DNA from: Candidatus Bathyarchaeota archaeon
GTDB taxonomy: Archaea > Thermoproteota > Bathyarchaeia > Bathyarchaeales > Bathycorpusculaceae
NCBI GenBank assembly: GCA_963767735.1
Contig: CAVYES010000004.1
Location: 416,001-480,000, forward strand
Direction: 5' to 3'
Length of the DNA: 64,000 bases
Part shown: positions 20,808-30,016 of the stretch, in pieces
Layout of the letters: each line of letters opens with the position of its first letter
Position numbering within the stretch: the first letter of the stretch is position 1
Notes under the pieces: generated by a model
What the model was told of the DNA's origin: nothing
Databases searched by the model: none
Seen by the model: only the letters and a program-made list of their open reading frames with translations
Translations under genes and position numbers: made by a program

Positions 20808-20954
20808 GTGATTTTAAGCTACAAGGTCAACTGTCCCAAATGCGGGAAAGAACTTGCTAAACCCGATAAAAAACTAGAGAATTCTGTGTTCTACGTAGCG
20901 ATTTACACATGTGATGCATGTGGCACGACAGTAAAGTATTCTAAATCATTTTAG
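20808..20954 (+). CDS. 48-aa zinc-ribbon microprotein (not in ORF track)
   Basis: GTG..TAG: MILSYKVNCPKCGKELAKPDKKLENSVFYVAIYTCDACGTTVKYSKSF; two CxxC pairs; TATA-like TTCATATA at 20771-20778. Confidence 0.75.
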   Translation: MILSYKVNCPKCGKELAKPDKKLENSVFYVAIYTCDACGTTVKYSKSF

Positions 20955-21524
20955 TCATTTGACTTGTACGTGGGCCAATTCATTTTTTCTTTATCTTTTA
21001 AACTGCACTTGGCAGCCTTTCTTAGATAAAATTAGTTGCCATGTTATTCACTAATGCATGTATTTTATGAATTGTGAAAGTTACATGTGCCTAATCTGAA
21101 ACGCTGAATTTCCAGACATGGAACCGCTAAGGCTGCACCGAATGAGTGAGTACAGAGGGCAATCGGTGTAAGAACCCATAACAATTTTGCGCTTTGTTGC
21201 TTCAAATTGTGACAACATCAATTTTTATCCACCTAACAACAACATTGTGCTGAGCACAGAAAGGCGCACCCATGTTGGGCGGGTCTGGCTGCTAATACGC
21301 GGTAAGGTTTCCACTTTAGGTTTTTGCCCTATCGATGTTAGCACTCGGCTAAATCCGCTTAACCCCTCTTTTTGCCCTATCCAAACTATTCTGTAAGCTC
21401 TTTTTCCATAGAGGATTCTTAATTCAAGTAAAGTATCATATCTGATCATCAGTGAAATGGGCGTCTCATTGAGTGATGTGTCAATATGAGGGTTGATTAT
21501 TAATCGGGCTGGATTAAAAGGAAA

Positions 21525-21602
21525 TGGCGCTCAGGCCGGGATTTGGACCCGGGTCCTGCGGGCGACAGCCGCATATACTGGACCAGACTATACTACCTGA
21601 GC
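21525..21602 (-). tRNA. tRNA-Asp(GTC), intronless, encoded CCA
   Basis: GCTCAGG/CCTGAGC acceptor stem, TGCGG-CT GTC GC-CCGCA anticodon arm, CCGGG-TCCAAAT-CCCGG T arm, G73 discriminator. Confidence 0.95.
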
Positions 21603-21784
21603 ATAAGCGCCTCAACAATACACGATAATTCAACTAATTAATCTTTCTCGGAATCGTAGTTGAGGCTTGTTAAAAAAACTGCTTTTCGCATTAGAGTTTT
21701 TTAGCGGTAATTTTAATACGTCACAAACTACTTACTCATAAAATTGACTGTGGGTGACGGAAGGTAATAAGGAATAGTGATTAC

Positions 21785-23668
21785 TTGGGGGTTTTGCAAA
21801 AATACTGGATTGCAATTCTGCTGTTGCTGTTGGCTTTGGCGTCGTTTCCTTCAGTTTACGTCGCTCTCTTAACCGCGTTAATTTTTACTTTTTTGGTTCC
21901 AGGTTTGATTTGCTACCGGTTTTTCTCGTTGAAAACTCATGAAATATGGGCGTTTGTGCCGATTTTCAGTGTTTTGGTTTCTGTCCAATTTATTTATTTT
22001 TTATCGTTGGCGTTTGGCTACTCGCGGGATATAATTCTTTTGAGTTTTCTCGCTTTAACAGGAATCTACGCGTTGGTGGTTTACTTGAAAGGCGAACCTT
22101 TGAAGCCGCCCCAGTTTCTTAAGTTTAAACAGATTAAAAAAACAAGCCTTCTGCTTTTTTCCATAATTTTCATCATCGCCCTTGTTGTTTTGGCTAAGAG
22201 CGTATGGGTTGGGAATCAGTACGGCGTAGTTTTGACTGGTTCTAACTGGCAGGATACGCCTTTGCACTACGAGATAATTGAAAGTATAAACCAAGGTAAT
22301 TTTCCGCCGCAGATGCCAAATTTCGCTGGGTATCCTGAGACTTATCATTACTTTGTTGATTTTCACACAGCCATCATAGAGAAGGTTTACGGTTACTTGC
22401 CAACGCTTCTGCCTTTTTTAAACGCTGTTTTCATACTTGTCTTTGCGCTTGCAATTTGGGCTTTGGCAAGGCCGAATGGAAGACGCGCCGCAATAATTGC
22501 AACTATTATCGCCACTTTCGGTTGGGGGTTGAGCTATTTCGGTCTTTTTTCCGCTTTGCTAAACGGGACATTTAATGTGAACACAAATTACATTTACCAG
22601 TATGGCGGCACGTTTGGGTTACCCTCGATATTTGACAATTTGCTGCAGCAAAGACCGCTTCTGATGGGGTTACCGGCGTTTGCGTTTGTTTTAGCTTTGC
22701 TTTGGAATATGGATGACAAAAAAAGAATATTGCTGGCTGGGATCATCACGGGTTTAGTGTTTGAATTTCATAATGTGGCGTTCTTTTGCTGCTACGTCGC
22801 TTTCTTCGTCGCCATTCTATTTAACGTTAAACGTTCTAACATCAAAAACCTCGTTTACTTTTTGGTTCCAACCGCCTTGGCGTTGCCTTTCATTTTAAAC
22901 AATGGGCCTCCCTTGTCGATTTCGCTTAGCTTTGTTTGGATAGAGAATTTTGCGAAGGACCCCCTAACCTACTACATTTTGAGTTTAGGTATCCCCTTCA
23001 TTATAGCCATTGTTTCTTTTGCTAAACGTGGAAACGAGCTTTTGAAAGGAACATTTCTTTTCTTATTTCTTATTCCAAACATTATTTTGTTGACGCCTAA
23101 CCCATGGGACATGTACAAATTCTTCATTTTTGCTTGGATTCCAATTGCGGTCTTGGCTGGCGTAATGTTGGCTAAAACAAGAAAAATCGTCCTTGTGACG
23201 TTGGTTTTGCTTTGTATTCTGACTTCAGCAAGCGTCATCATCTACAATGTTGGAACAAATTATACTGCAGCAAGCTGGAGTGAATATCAGCTTGGGCTTT
23301 GGGTGCGGAGTAACACGCCGGAGCGTTCGGTCTTTTTAACGTATTATTCTATTCAGACGCCTGTAGCGTTTATTGGCGGAAGATTAACCGTGTCATCTTA
23401 CATAAATTGGCCCTATGGACAAGGAGTGCCGCTCAATGAAATTTATCAAAGGGACGCCGCCATCGACAGCGCATACAACGGCAGCGTAACAGAGTTAAAG
23501 CAGATTATACTCGAGTACCATGTTACATACGTGTACGTAGGAGTTGATGAACTGAGGAATTATCCCGGATGCGTGGCAAGATTTGATAATATAACTTGGT
23601 TAACGACGGTTTACACCAACCAAAACCTAAAGATATACCAGGTAAATTTAGCCCAGATGGGCACCTAA
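21785..23668 (+). CDS. Large GT-C-type membrane glycosyltransferase-like protein
   Basis: About 13 TM, WQD.PLH..II.SI..GNFPP, YHYF.D, LQQR, C-terminal GGR..V..Y..W and YVYVG..E domain. Confidence 0.7.
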   Translation: MGVLQKYWIAILLLLLALASFPSVYVALLTALIFTFLVPGLICYRFFSLKTHEIWAFVPIFSVLVSVQFIYFLSLAFGYSRDIILLSFLALTGIYALVVYLKGEPLKPPQFLKFKQIKKTSLLLFSIIFIIALVVLAKSVWVGNQYGVVLTGSNWQDTPLHYEIIESINQGNFPPQMPNFAGYPETYHYFVDFHTAIIEKVYGYLPTLLPFLNAVFILVFALAIWALARPNGRRAAIIATIIATFGWGLSYFGLFSALLNGTFNVNTNYIYQYGGTFGLPSIFDNLLQQRPLLMGLPAFAFVLALLWNMDDKKRILLAGIITGLVFEFHNVAFFCCYVAFFVAILFNVKRSNIKNLVYFLVPTALALPFILNNGPPLSISLSFVWIENFAKDPLTYYILSLGIPFIIAIVSFAKRGNELLKGTFLFLFLIPNIILLTPNPWDMYKFFIFAWIPIAVLAGVMLAKTRKIVLVTLVLLCILTSASVIIYNVGTNYTAASWSEYQLGLWVRSNTPERSVFLTYYSIQTPVAFIGGRLTVSSYINWPYGQGVPLNEIYQRDAAIDSAYNGSVTELKQIILEYHVTYVYVGVDELRNYPGCVARFDNITWLTTVYTNQNLKIYQVNLAQMGT

Positions 23669-23799
23669 ACGCTTAAAGGCGAATGCATAAGTCGAGGGGC
23701 TTAAGAAAATTGGCAACGGGCGCTCCCGCGTTGACGTTGATGGTTTTAGCAATATTCTTGATCGTCAATGAAAAGCAATATGTTTCAATAATTGTGTAA

Positions 23800-25074
23800 T
23801 TGTCTACTTCATATGGAGACTCAAAGTTGAAGGCTGCCTTAGCAGTTGTGTTTATTGCTATTTTGTGTTTATCAATGTTCTCAGCCTATGTGACAAAGGC
23901 GATAGCTCAACAGCCTTCCGTTGACTGGCCAATGTTCCTTTCAGATCCATCTCACAGTGGCGAAGGAACAGGCAATCCGGTGCTGACCTCAACGTTGCTT
24001 TGGAAATACACCACTGATGGCATGGTTGCGTCGTCTCCCGCTGTTGTCGGCGGCGTAGTCTACATGGGCTCCGGTGACGGCAACCTTTATGCTTTGAACG
24101 CTACTAACGGCGACAAACTCTGGAATTTCACCACTGGCGCTCCGGTTTATTCGTCTCCTGCTGTAGTCGGCGGCGTAGTTTATGTAGGATCATTTGACGA
24201 TAATGTTTATGCCTTGAACACGGCAACCGGCTCCAAACTCTGGAACTACACCACAGGCGGCCAAGTTGTTTCCTCTCCCACTGTTGCCAATGGCGTCGTT
24301 TACGTAGGCTCAGGCGATGGAAACGTTTATGCTTTGAACGCAGCTGACGGCGCCAAAATATGGAGTTACACTACGGGCAGTGAGGCTGATTCGTCTGCTG
24401 CTATGGTCGGAGGTGTGGTCTACATTGGCTCTGATGATGGGAATATTTATGCTTTTAATGCTGCTTCTGGCGCAAAAATCTGGAGTTACGCCACTGGTGG
24501 TGACGTTGATTCCTCTGCTACTGTTGTAGGTGGTGTGGTCTACGTTGGCTCTGACGACGGCCACGTGTACGCTTTGAACGCTACTAGCGGCATCCAGCTG
24601 TGGAAATACGCAACAAGCGCCTGGGTTTGGTCGGTTCCGATCGTCGCCAACGGCGTAGTCTACGTAGGCTCGGATAACCATGACGTTTACGCCTTAAACG
24701 CTACTAACGGCAAACAGCTGTGGTATTACGCCACCGGCGGCGATGTCGGGGCGTCTCCTGCTTTTGTCGGGGGAATAATCTACATAAGCTCTTATGACGG
24801 AGGCGTTTATGCTTTGAATGCCGCTACTGGTGCCGAACTCTGGAAATATAACACTGACGGACAGGTAGCCTCATCTCCAGCCGTCGTAAACGGCGTGGTT
24901 TACATAGGCTCATTTGACGACAGCATTTACGCTTTGGGTGGATCGCCTACGCCTTCTCCTTCAACCAGTTGGTCTAACACTGTGTTTACAGAAATTGGGG
25001 TCGTAGTGGCGGTCGTTATTGTTGCCTCGGTGATGACGTTCTTGATTTTTCGAAAAAGATTGAAAACTAAGTGA
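23800..25074 (+). CDS. Membrane-anchored PQQ-repeat beta-propeller protein, 8 repeats
   Basis: Signal peptide, eight 40-aa repeats, C-terminal TM and KRLKTK tail. Confidence 0.92.
   Translation: MSTSYGDSKLKAALAVVFIAILCLSMFSAYVTKAIAQQPSVDWPMFLSDPSHSGEGTGNPVLTSTLLWKYTTDGMVASSPAVVGGVVYMGSGDGNLYALNATNGDKLWNFTTGAPVYSSPAVVGGVVYVGSFDDNVYALNTATGSKLWNYTTGGQVVSSPTVANGVVYVGSGDGNVYALNAADGAKIWSYTTGSEADSSAAMVGGVVYIGSDDGNIYAFNAASGAKIWSYATGGDVDSSATVVGGVVYVGSDDGHVYALNATSGIQLWKYATSAWVWSVPIVANGVVYVGSDNHDVYALNATNGKQLWYYATGGDVGASPAFVGGIIYISSYDGGVYALNAATGAELWKYNTDGQVASSPAVVNGVVYIGSFDDSIYALGGSPTPSPSTSWSNTVFTEIGVVVAVVIVASVMTFLIFRKRLKTK
23992..24940 (+). repeat. Eight tandem 120-bp coding repeats
   Basis: TGGAA/TGGAG Trp codon context recurs at 24001, 24121, 24241, 24361, 24481, 24601, 24721 (TGGTA) and 24841. 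Confidence 0.93.
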
Positions 25075-25250
25075 TAGGTCCTCAGCTTCGACCCGGCTCT
25101 CTATCTGAGTTTTTTGTTTTTCAAATATCTCAAGGCTTGAGGAAATGAAGAGTAAAGGAAGCTTCAGTCATTTGATTTTGAGTCTCACACTCGTAAAGAC
25201 GTTTAAATGACTTCTGAAGCTATTTGGCTGCACAGCATTTTTTTGTTTCT

Positions 25251-25739
25251 TTAACTGCTGGTTTTGGGGCTTTGATGCTTCTTACCTGACATGTAATCAA
25301 TATCTATTCTGCCCATTGTTGTTTTTTCAAGCTTCTCAGGATTAATCTTCGCCAACTTCGCCTCTGGGTTAGTTGAAACCTGCCTCACCAAGACTTCTAT
25401 GGCTTGCTGTTTTTCTTTTAAATCGCTAATCAGTGACATTTTGCCTGAGAAGTGAACGGAAGTGTAAGCGTAGTCGCATTCCTCGGTAATGCAGAAATCC
25501 AGCACTGCTTGTCCCCAAACCTTATTGTTGGCTTTTAGGTAAACGAGTTTTTTGCCTTCTGGTGCGCAGTGGAAGTACAGGCAATTCTTGGTTTCGTTAT
25601 AGCCATGGTTTAATGAGACGAGGTAGGGCTCATCGTTCATGCAGAGGGCGACGGTAATGTACTTGGAGGTTTTTAGTATTTGCCTTAGCTCGTTTGGATC
25701 AGTGATTTCTCGGTCTTTGCGCCTAACATGAAAAGACAT
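25251..25739 (-). CDS. Pyridoxamine 5'-phosphate oxidase-like (NimA-type) flavin-binding protein
   Basis: RRKDREI, PYLV.LNHGY, LYFHCAPEGKKL..L..N.KV, Y.SV..SG. Confidence 0.9.
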   Translation of the reverse strand: MSFHVRRKDREITDPNELRQILKTSKYITVALCMNDEPYLVSLNHGYNETKNCLYFHCAPEGKKLVYLKANNKVWGQAVLDFCITEECDYAYTSVHFSGKMSLISDLKEKQQAIEVLVRQVSTNPEAKLAKINPEKLEKTTMGRIDIDYMSGKKHQSPKTSS

Positions 25740-25868
25740 GCTTTCACAGTAAGCAACCAAAACAATATAAGCTTTAACCTTTAGAGCGACACCCAAAAAG
25801 CTGAAGGAAAAATGTGCCTGAGTGGTTCATCTAGCGATGCTGTATGGATATGAGCTCAAGAGAGGGTG

Positions 25869-26927
25869 CTAAGATCTAAGGTTCAAATATCTTTTCTTTA
25901 GGCTTAAGAGGGCTAAAGGGTATATCGTTTTAAGCAATAGATTATAATTTTGTATTGAATACAGTTTCTCAATAAGCTGCGGAAAGTTGACCAAGGCTGA
26001 ATAATCTTCTTTTGATAGAATATTTTCAATTAACCATCTATTAATAATTCCAGCTCTTAAACGGTTCTTAAAATGTTTGTCTGCAATTTTTTCGTAATCC
26101 GTTTTGCAAGTAACACTTTGAGCTGCAAGGTAGCCTGAAGCAAAGGCAAATCTCATTCCAAAGCCCCAAAGAAAGTCCTGCAGCCCAGCGGCTTCCCCTA
26201 CGTACAGCGGCACCCCGCTCTTAACTTTCTTCAACGAAAAACTACCAATACCACTCACCTCTCTAATGATCTGCAGTTGGAAGGGAATTTTCTTTAAAAA
26301 AAACTCTTTTGTTCTTTCAAAATACCAATTAATCCTGCTTATCTCATCTTTCATCACTACGGAGCATAAACAGCCATATCCTTTCGTGACCAGGAGATAG
26401 GAATAGCCTTTGAAAGCCAACTTATCATTAAACGCTAGAATCGCGATATCTTTGATATCTGTTTTAAAAACTATGCCCTTAACCATTCCAGGAGCTTCAA
26501 TGATGGTTGGACCAGTTGCTATGATGTTTGCTTCATTTTTGGCAAGTGTTTCTTGAAAGTGAATGTTCACGCCAGATTTCAGCGCTTGCGCCTTCAAACT
26601 ATAGTCGATTGTTCCGGAAAAGGGACCTCGTCTTAATAGGTAAAATAGTGGTCTTTTATAATGGATTTCTTTAGCTTTCAAACCATTCGTAATAATTATG
26701 CTACGAAAAGGCGTGAAGTTAAAATTAACGTCCACATTTATTTCTCTCAATTCATCAATAATGTCTTTCTTGTCGGACCAGTTCTCCAAGCCTTGAATGT
26801 CGCCGTTAAACCTCATGCCTACATCTTTATTCTTTTCATAAACTTCAACGCTATAACCTGATTTTGCAAGATTTATCGCAGCGGTCAGGCCTGAAAGCCC
26901 CGCGCCTAAAATTTTTATCTCTTTCAT
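25869..26927 (-). CDS. FAD-dependent oxidoreductase (geranylgeranyl-reductase-like superfamily)
   Basis: ILGAGLSGL.AA..LA..G..VEVYEK, IATG, VGEAAG..D..WGFGM..A..SG. Confidence 0.85.
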   Translation of the reverse strand: MKEIKILGAGLSGLTAAINLAKSGYSVEVYEKNKDVGMRFNGDIQGLENWSDKKDIIDELREINVDVNFNFTPFRSIIITNGLKAKEIHYKRPLFYLLRRGPFSGTIDYSLKAQALKSGVNIHFQETLAKNEANIIATGPTIIEAPGMVKGIVFKTDIKDIAILAFNDKLAFKGYSYLLVTKGYGCLCSVVMKDEISRINWYFERTKEFFLKKIPFQLQIIREVSGIGSFSLKKVKSGVPLYVGEAAGLQDFLWGFGMRFAFASGYLAAQSVTCKTDYEKIADKHFKNRLRAGIINRWLIENILSKEDYSALVNFPQLIEKLYSIQNYNLLLKTIYPLALLSLKKRYLNLRS

Positions 26928-27245
26928 TCCATTATTGTTAATTGAGTAAATCGGGCTTGTATAGTTTTGCATCGGAATTTTAGCGGGTAAGTTGTTCAAA
27001 ATTGGTTAAAGCTGGTCATAACCCATTTTTGGCTCTCTTTCCTATGCAATACGCCCTTTCACAGTTATGTTTTAAAACTGCCCAAAGTAGAAAGCGAACT
27101 TCATTTTTGCCATTTTGTAACACAATGCCTGCCTAAAAAAGAAACAAGAGAAGGGATGGTTCTGAAAAAATAATTTAATTCAAGTTTGGAACAGAAAAAA
27201 GAAAGAAAGCTGGAGCTTTGGATCAAGCGCCTGTTTACTTATTGG

Positions 27246-27875
27246 TCAAGTGGGTCCTTGAAACAGAGAGTCCGGAAGTGAAGGGTTAATTTGGATATTT
27301 GTGAACGTAGCTTTGTCTCCTGCGTTTGGTTGTCCGCTCGGTATGGTATAAGTGAAGCTTCCGGAGCCGCCGTAGTATTCTAGCATGTTTACGTATAAGC
27401 CTGCTGTTGATTGCACGCTGGATGAGATACTTGAGAAGTCAGTAGAAATATCCGTCCATTGTCCGTCTTGGTATACCCATGCCTTCTGCTCGCCTCCGTT
27501 TATAATGTAAATAAGTGTGCCGCTTGAAGGCGACGTTACTGCCTCGTATAGATCTACGTTAGATGTCCCAAGATTCTTTGTAGCATAAAACAAAGTGTCA
27601 AGTACTGTACCATTTGATGCGGTGCCTGTCTCGTTGAATTCATAGCTGGTTGCAGTTGCTATTTTGCTAGTTGAGGTTGAGGTAGGTGAAGCTGTTGGTG
27701 CTGTAGACGAAGCAGGTGTGGGTGTTGCAGAAGTACTCGGGCTGCTTTTACTACCACGTGTAGCCACATATACGCCGACTCCAACTACGACAATTGCGAT
27801 GACGACTATGACCACGATAATTAATGCGCTTATTCCGCGCACGCTTTTTTTACTTATTATTTTTCTTTCTCTCAT
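27246..27875 (-). CDS. Membrane-tethered surface protein with class III-like signal and LolA-like tail
   Basis: KKSVRG|ISALIIVV hydrophobic N-terminus, S/T/P linker, ends INPSLPDSLF. Confidence 0.7.
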   Translation of the reverse strand: MRERKIISKKSVRGISALIIVVIVVIAIVVVGVGVYVATRGSKSSPSTSATPTPASSTAPTASPTSTSTSKIATATSYEFNETGTASNGTVLDTLFYATKNLGTSNVDLYEAVTSPSSGTLIYIINGGEQKAWVYQDGQWTDISTDFSSISSSVQSTAGLYVNMLEYYGGSGSFTYTIPSGQPNAGDKATFTNIQINPSLPDSLFQGPT

Positions 27876-28117
27876 TTTTAATCCCTTATATTTCGCGCGA
27901 GCTATTATCGAAGTTTTTGCTGTTCCTCGAAAAATCACGCGCGATGCTTACTACCTTGAATAGGCAGCAATTGTGGTTAATAACAATGTGTTACTATCAT
28001 TCAACAGTCACAAGACATCATACGTGTACTTAATTTGGACCAACCAGAGCGATGCTTAATATTCAAATAAGAGAATTGGGTCTGGTAGGTTAGGCATTGA
28101 TTCAAGGATGTGAAATT

Positions 28118-29401
28118 ATGGCAGGGACGTTTGAGGTTGAGGAAACCGTTCGGGAAATTATTTTAGAGGACGATGTGGCGAAAAAAAGGCAGTTAGCCAA
28201 AAAGATCTTTACCGCTGCTTTCAATGAGGGGATTTATCCAGCAAGCATCTATGAATTTTATATGGCTCGCGGCAGAGGCGAATTCGCTGGTTTCACAGTT
28301 CCTGCGATAAATTTACGAAGCATGACTTATGATCTGGCACGCGCAATATTCAGAGTGGCAAACAAAAATGATTCCGGCGCTTTCGTCTTCGAGATTGCGC
28401 GCTCGGAGATCGGTTATACTAATCAGCCGCCGATTGAATTCGCAAGCATGGTTATGGCTGCAGCAATAAAAGAAGGCTATTCTGGTCCAGTCTTTATTCA
28501 GGGAGACCATTTCCAAGCCAACGCAGCCAAGTACAAAGAGAACCCTCAAAAGGAAATTGACGGCTTGCAAACTTTAATAGAAGACGCGGTTTCCTCGGGC
28601 TTCTTCAACATTGATATTGACTCATCAACACTGGTGGATTTGGCTAAGCCGAGTTTTAAAGAGCAGCAGCTTTTAAATTATGAAGTCTGCGCTAAGCTTA
28701 CTCAGTTTATCCGTCATCATGAGCCAGAAGGCATCAAGATTTCGGTAGGCGGCGAGATTGGCGAGATCGGGCATCAGAATTCGACGCCTGAAGATCTGCA
28801 GGTCTTTATGAGTGGCCTCAAAGAGAAGCTGGATAAGGATTTAACTGGAATAAGCAAGATTTCTGTGCAGACGGGAACAACTCATGGCGGCGTTGTTCTG
28901 CCTGACGGGTCAATCGCGCAAATCATGCTTGACTTTAACACGTTGAAAACTCTTTCTGAGATTGCCCGCAGAGAATATGGGTTGGCGGGAGCTGTTCAGC
29001 ATGGAGCATCAACGCTGCCTCCTGAAGCATTCCACAAGTTTGTCGAATGCGAAGCGGCTGAAGTACACTTAGCCACAGAATTCCAAAACATGATTTACGA
29101 ATCAAAGCATTTCCCAGCTGATCTAAAAGCCAAAATCTATGCATGGCTAAAAGTCAACGCCGCAAACGAAGCTAAACAAGGAGAAACTGAAGGCCAATTC
29201 CTCTACAAAACCCGCAAAAAAGGGTTAGGCCCATTCAAAAAAGAAATAATGAAACTGCCACAAGAAACCCGCGATGCAATTGCAGCTGAAATCGAAACAA
29301 AGTTCGATTTTCTATTCAAACAACTCAACATCGTAAACAAGAGAGAATTGCTGGACAAATACGTACATGCACCTTCAAACAAAGAAAAATATGTACCATA
29401 G
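28118..29401 (+). CDS. Class II fructose-bisphosphate aldolase family protein
   Basis: VPAIN, QGDH, DIDSS, GEIGEIG, GTTHGG, VQHGAST metal and substrate motifs. Confidence 0.85.
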   Translation: MAGTFEVEETVREIILEDDVAKKRQLAKKIFTAAFNEGIYPASIYEFYMARGRGEFAGFTVPAINLRSMTYDLARAIFRVANKNDSGAFVFEIARSEIGYTNQPPIEFASMVMAAAIKEGYSGPVFIQGDHFQANAAKYKENPQKEIDGLQTLIEDAVSSGFFNIDIDSSTLVDLAKPSFKEQQLLNYEVCAKLTQFIRHHEPEGIKISVGGEIGEIGHQNSTPEDLQVFMSGLKEKLDKDLTGISKISVQTGTTHGGVVLPDGSIAQIMLDFNTLKTLSEIARREYGLAGAVQHGASTLPPEAFHKFVECEAAEVHLATEFQNMIYESKHFPADLKAKIYAWLKVNAANEAKQGETEGQFLYKTRKKGLGPFKKEIMKLPQETRDAIAAEIETKFDFLFKQLNIVNKRELLDKYVHAPSNKEKYVP

Positions 29402-29505
29402 CATTCAAACCGCAGAAAAGCTTCATTTTTTTCTGCTCTTTTTCTTTGGTTGCAGGTTTATAGACCCGCAAAAAGCTTTTTAAGATCAATTTCAAACTAG
29501 ATAGT

Positions 29506-29937
29506 ATGTCTGCCAACAAAAAGAAGATGGTTTTGAACTGGAAAGGGAACTTTCGTTTTAAAGCCAAAAACGACAAGGGTCTTTCGGTGAACTTTGACGC
29601 GCCCGAAAAATATGGCGGAGAAGACACGGCGCCGACACCTATGGAAACGGTCTTGGCGAGTTTGGCGGGATGCACCAGTTTTGATGTTGTTAGCATTCTG
29701 AAAAAGAAAAGACAAAATATCTCGGGTTATTCCGTTGAGACCGAAGCTGAACGATCTGATGAACCGCCAGAGGTTTTCACCAAAATCCACATCAAATACA
29801 TCGTTAAAGGAAAAGATATCAGTAAAGAAGCGGTTGAGAGAGCAATCCAACTTTCACACGACAAATACTGTTCAGTAGGAGCGATGCTCAAGAAAACGGC
29901 AGAAATCACAACCTCATACGAAATAATACCCGAATAA
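29506..29937 (+). CDS. OsmC family protein
   Basis: GG....P.PME..LASLAGC, LSHDKYCSV. Confidence 0.92.
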   Translation: MSANKKKMVLNWKGNFRFKAKNDKGLSVNFDAPEKYGGEDTAPTPMETVLASLAGCTSFDVVSILKKKRQNISGYSVETEAERSDEPPEVFTKIHIKYIVKGKDISKEAVERAIQLSHDKYCSVGAMLKKTAEITTSYEIIPE

Positions 29938-30016
29938 TCTTGACTCATTCAAACTGAAGATTGTGATTATGCTGTTTTCCTAAACTATTAAGTAGACGTC
30001 CAACCCACGATATTGT

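Noticed and set aside
21321-21381. Mini-CRISPR (13-bp repeat with 35-nt spacer)
   Set aside because: Only two copies, repeat far too short, no cas genes.
21440-21455. Hammerhead or C/D box core (CTGATGA on minus strand)
   Set aside because: No matching GAAA core or properly placed D box with flanking stems.
16400-21525. Integrative element at the tRNA-Asp 3' end
   Set aside because: No integrase, and I found no duplicate of the tRNA 3' end within the window.
23992-24940. CRISPR array or diversity-generating retroelement
   Set aside because: Repeats are in-frame coding units; no reverse transcriptase and no adenine-specific variation.
28082-28096. Additional copy of the corrinoid box upstream of the aldolase (CTGGTAGGTTAGGCA)
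   Set aside because: Too many mismatches and no functional link.
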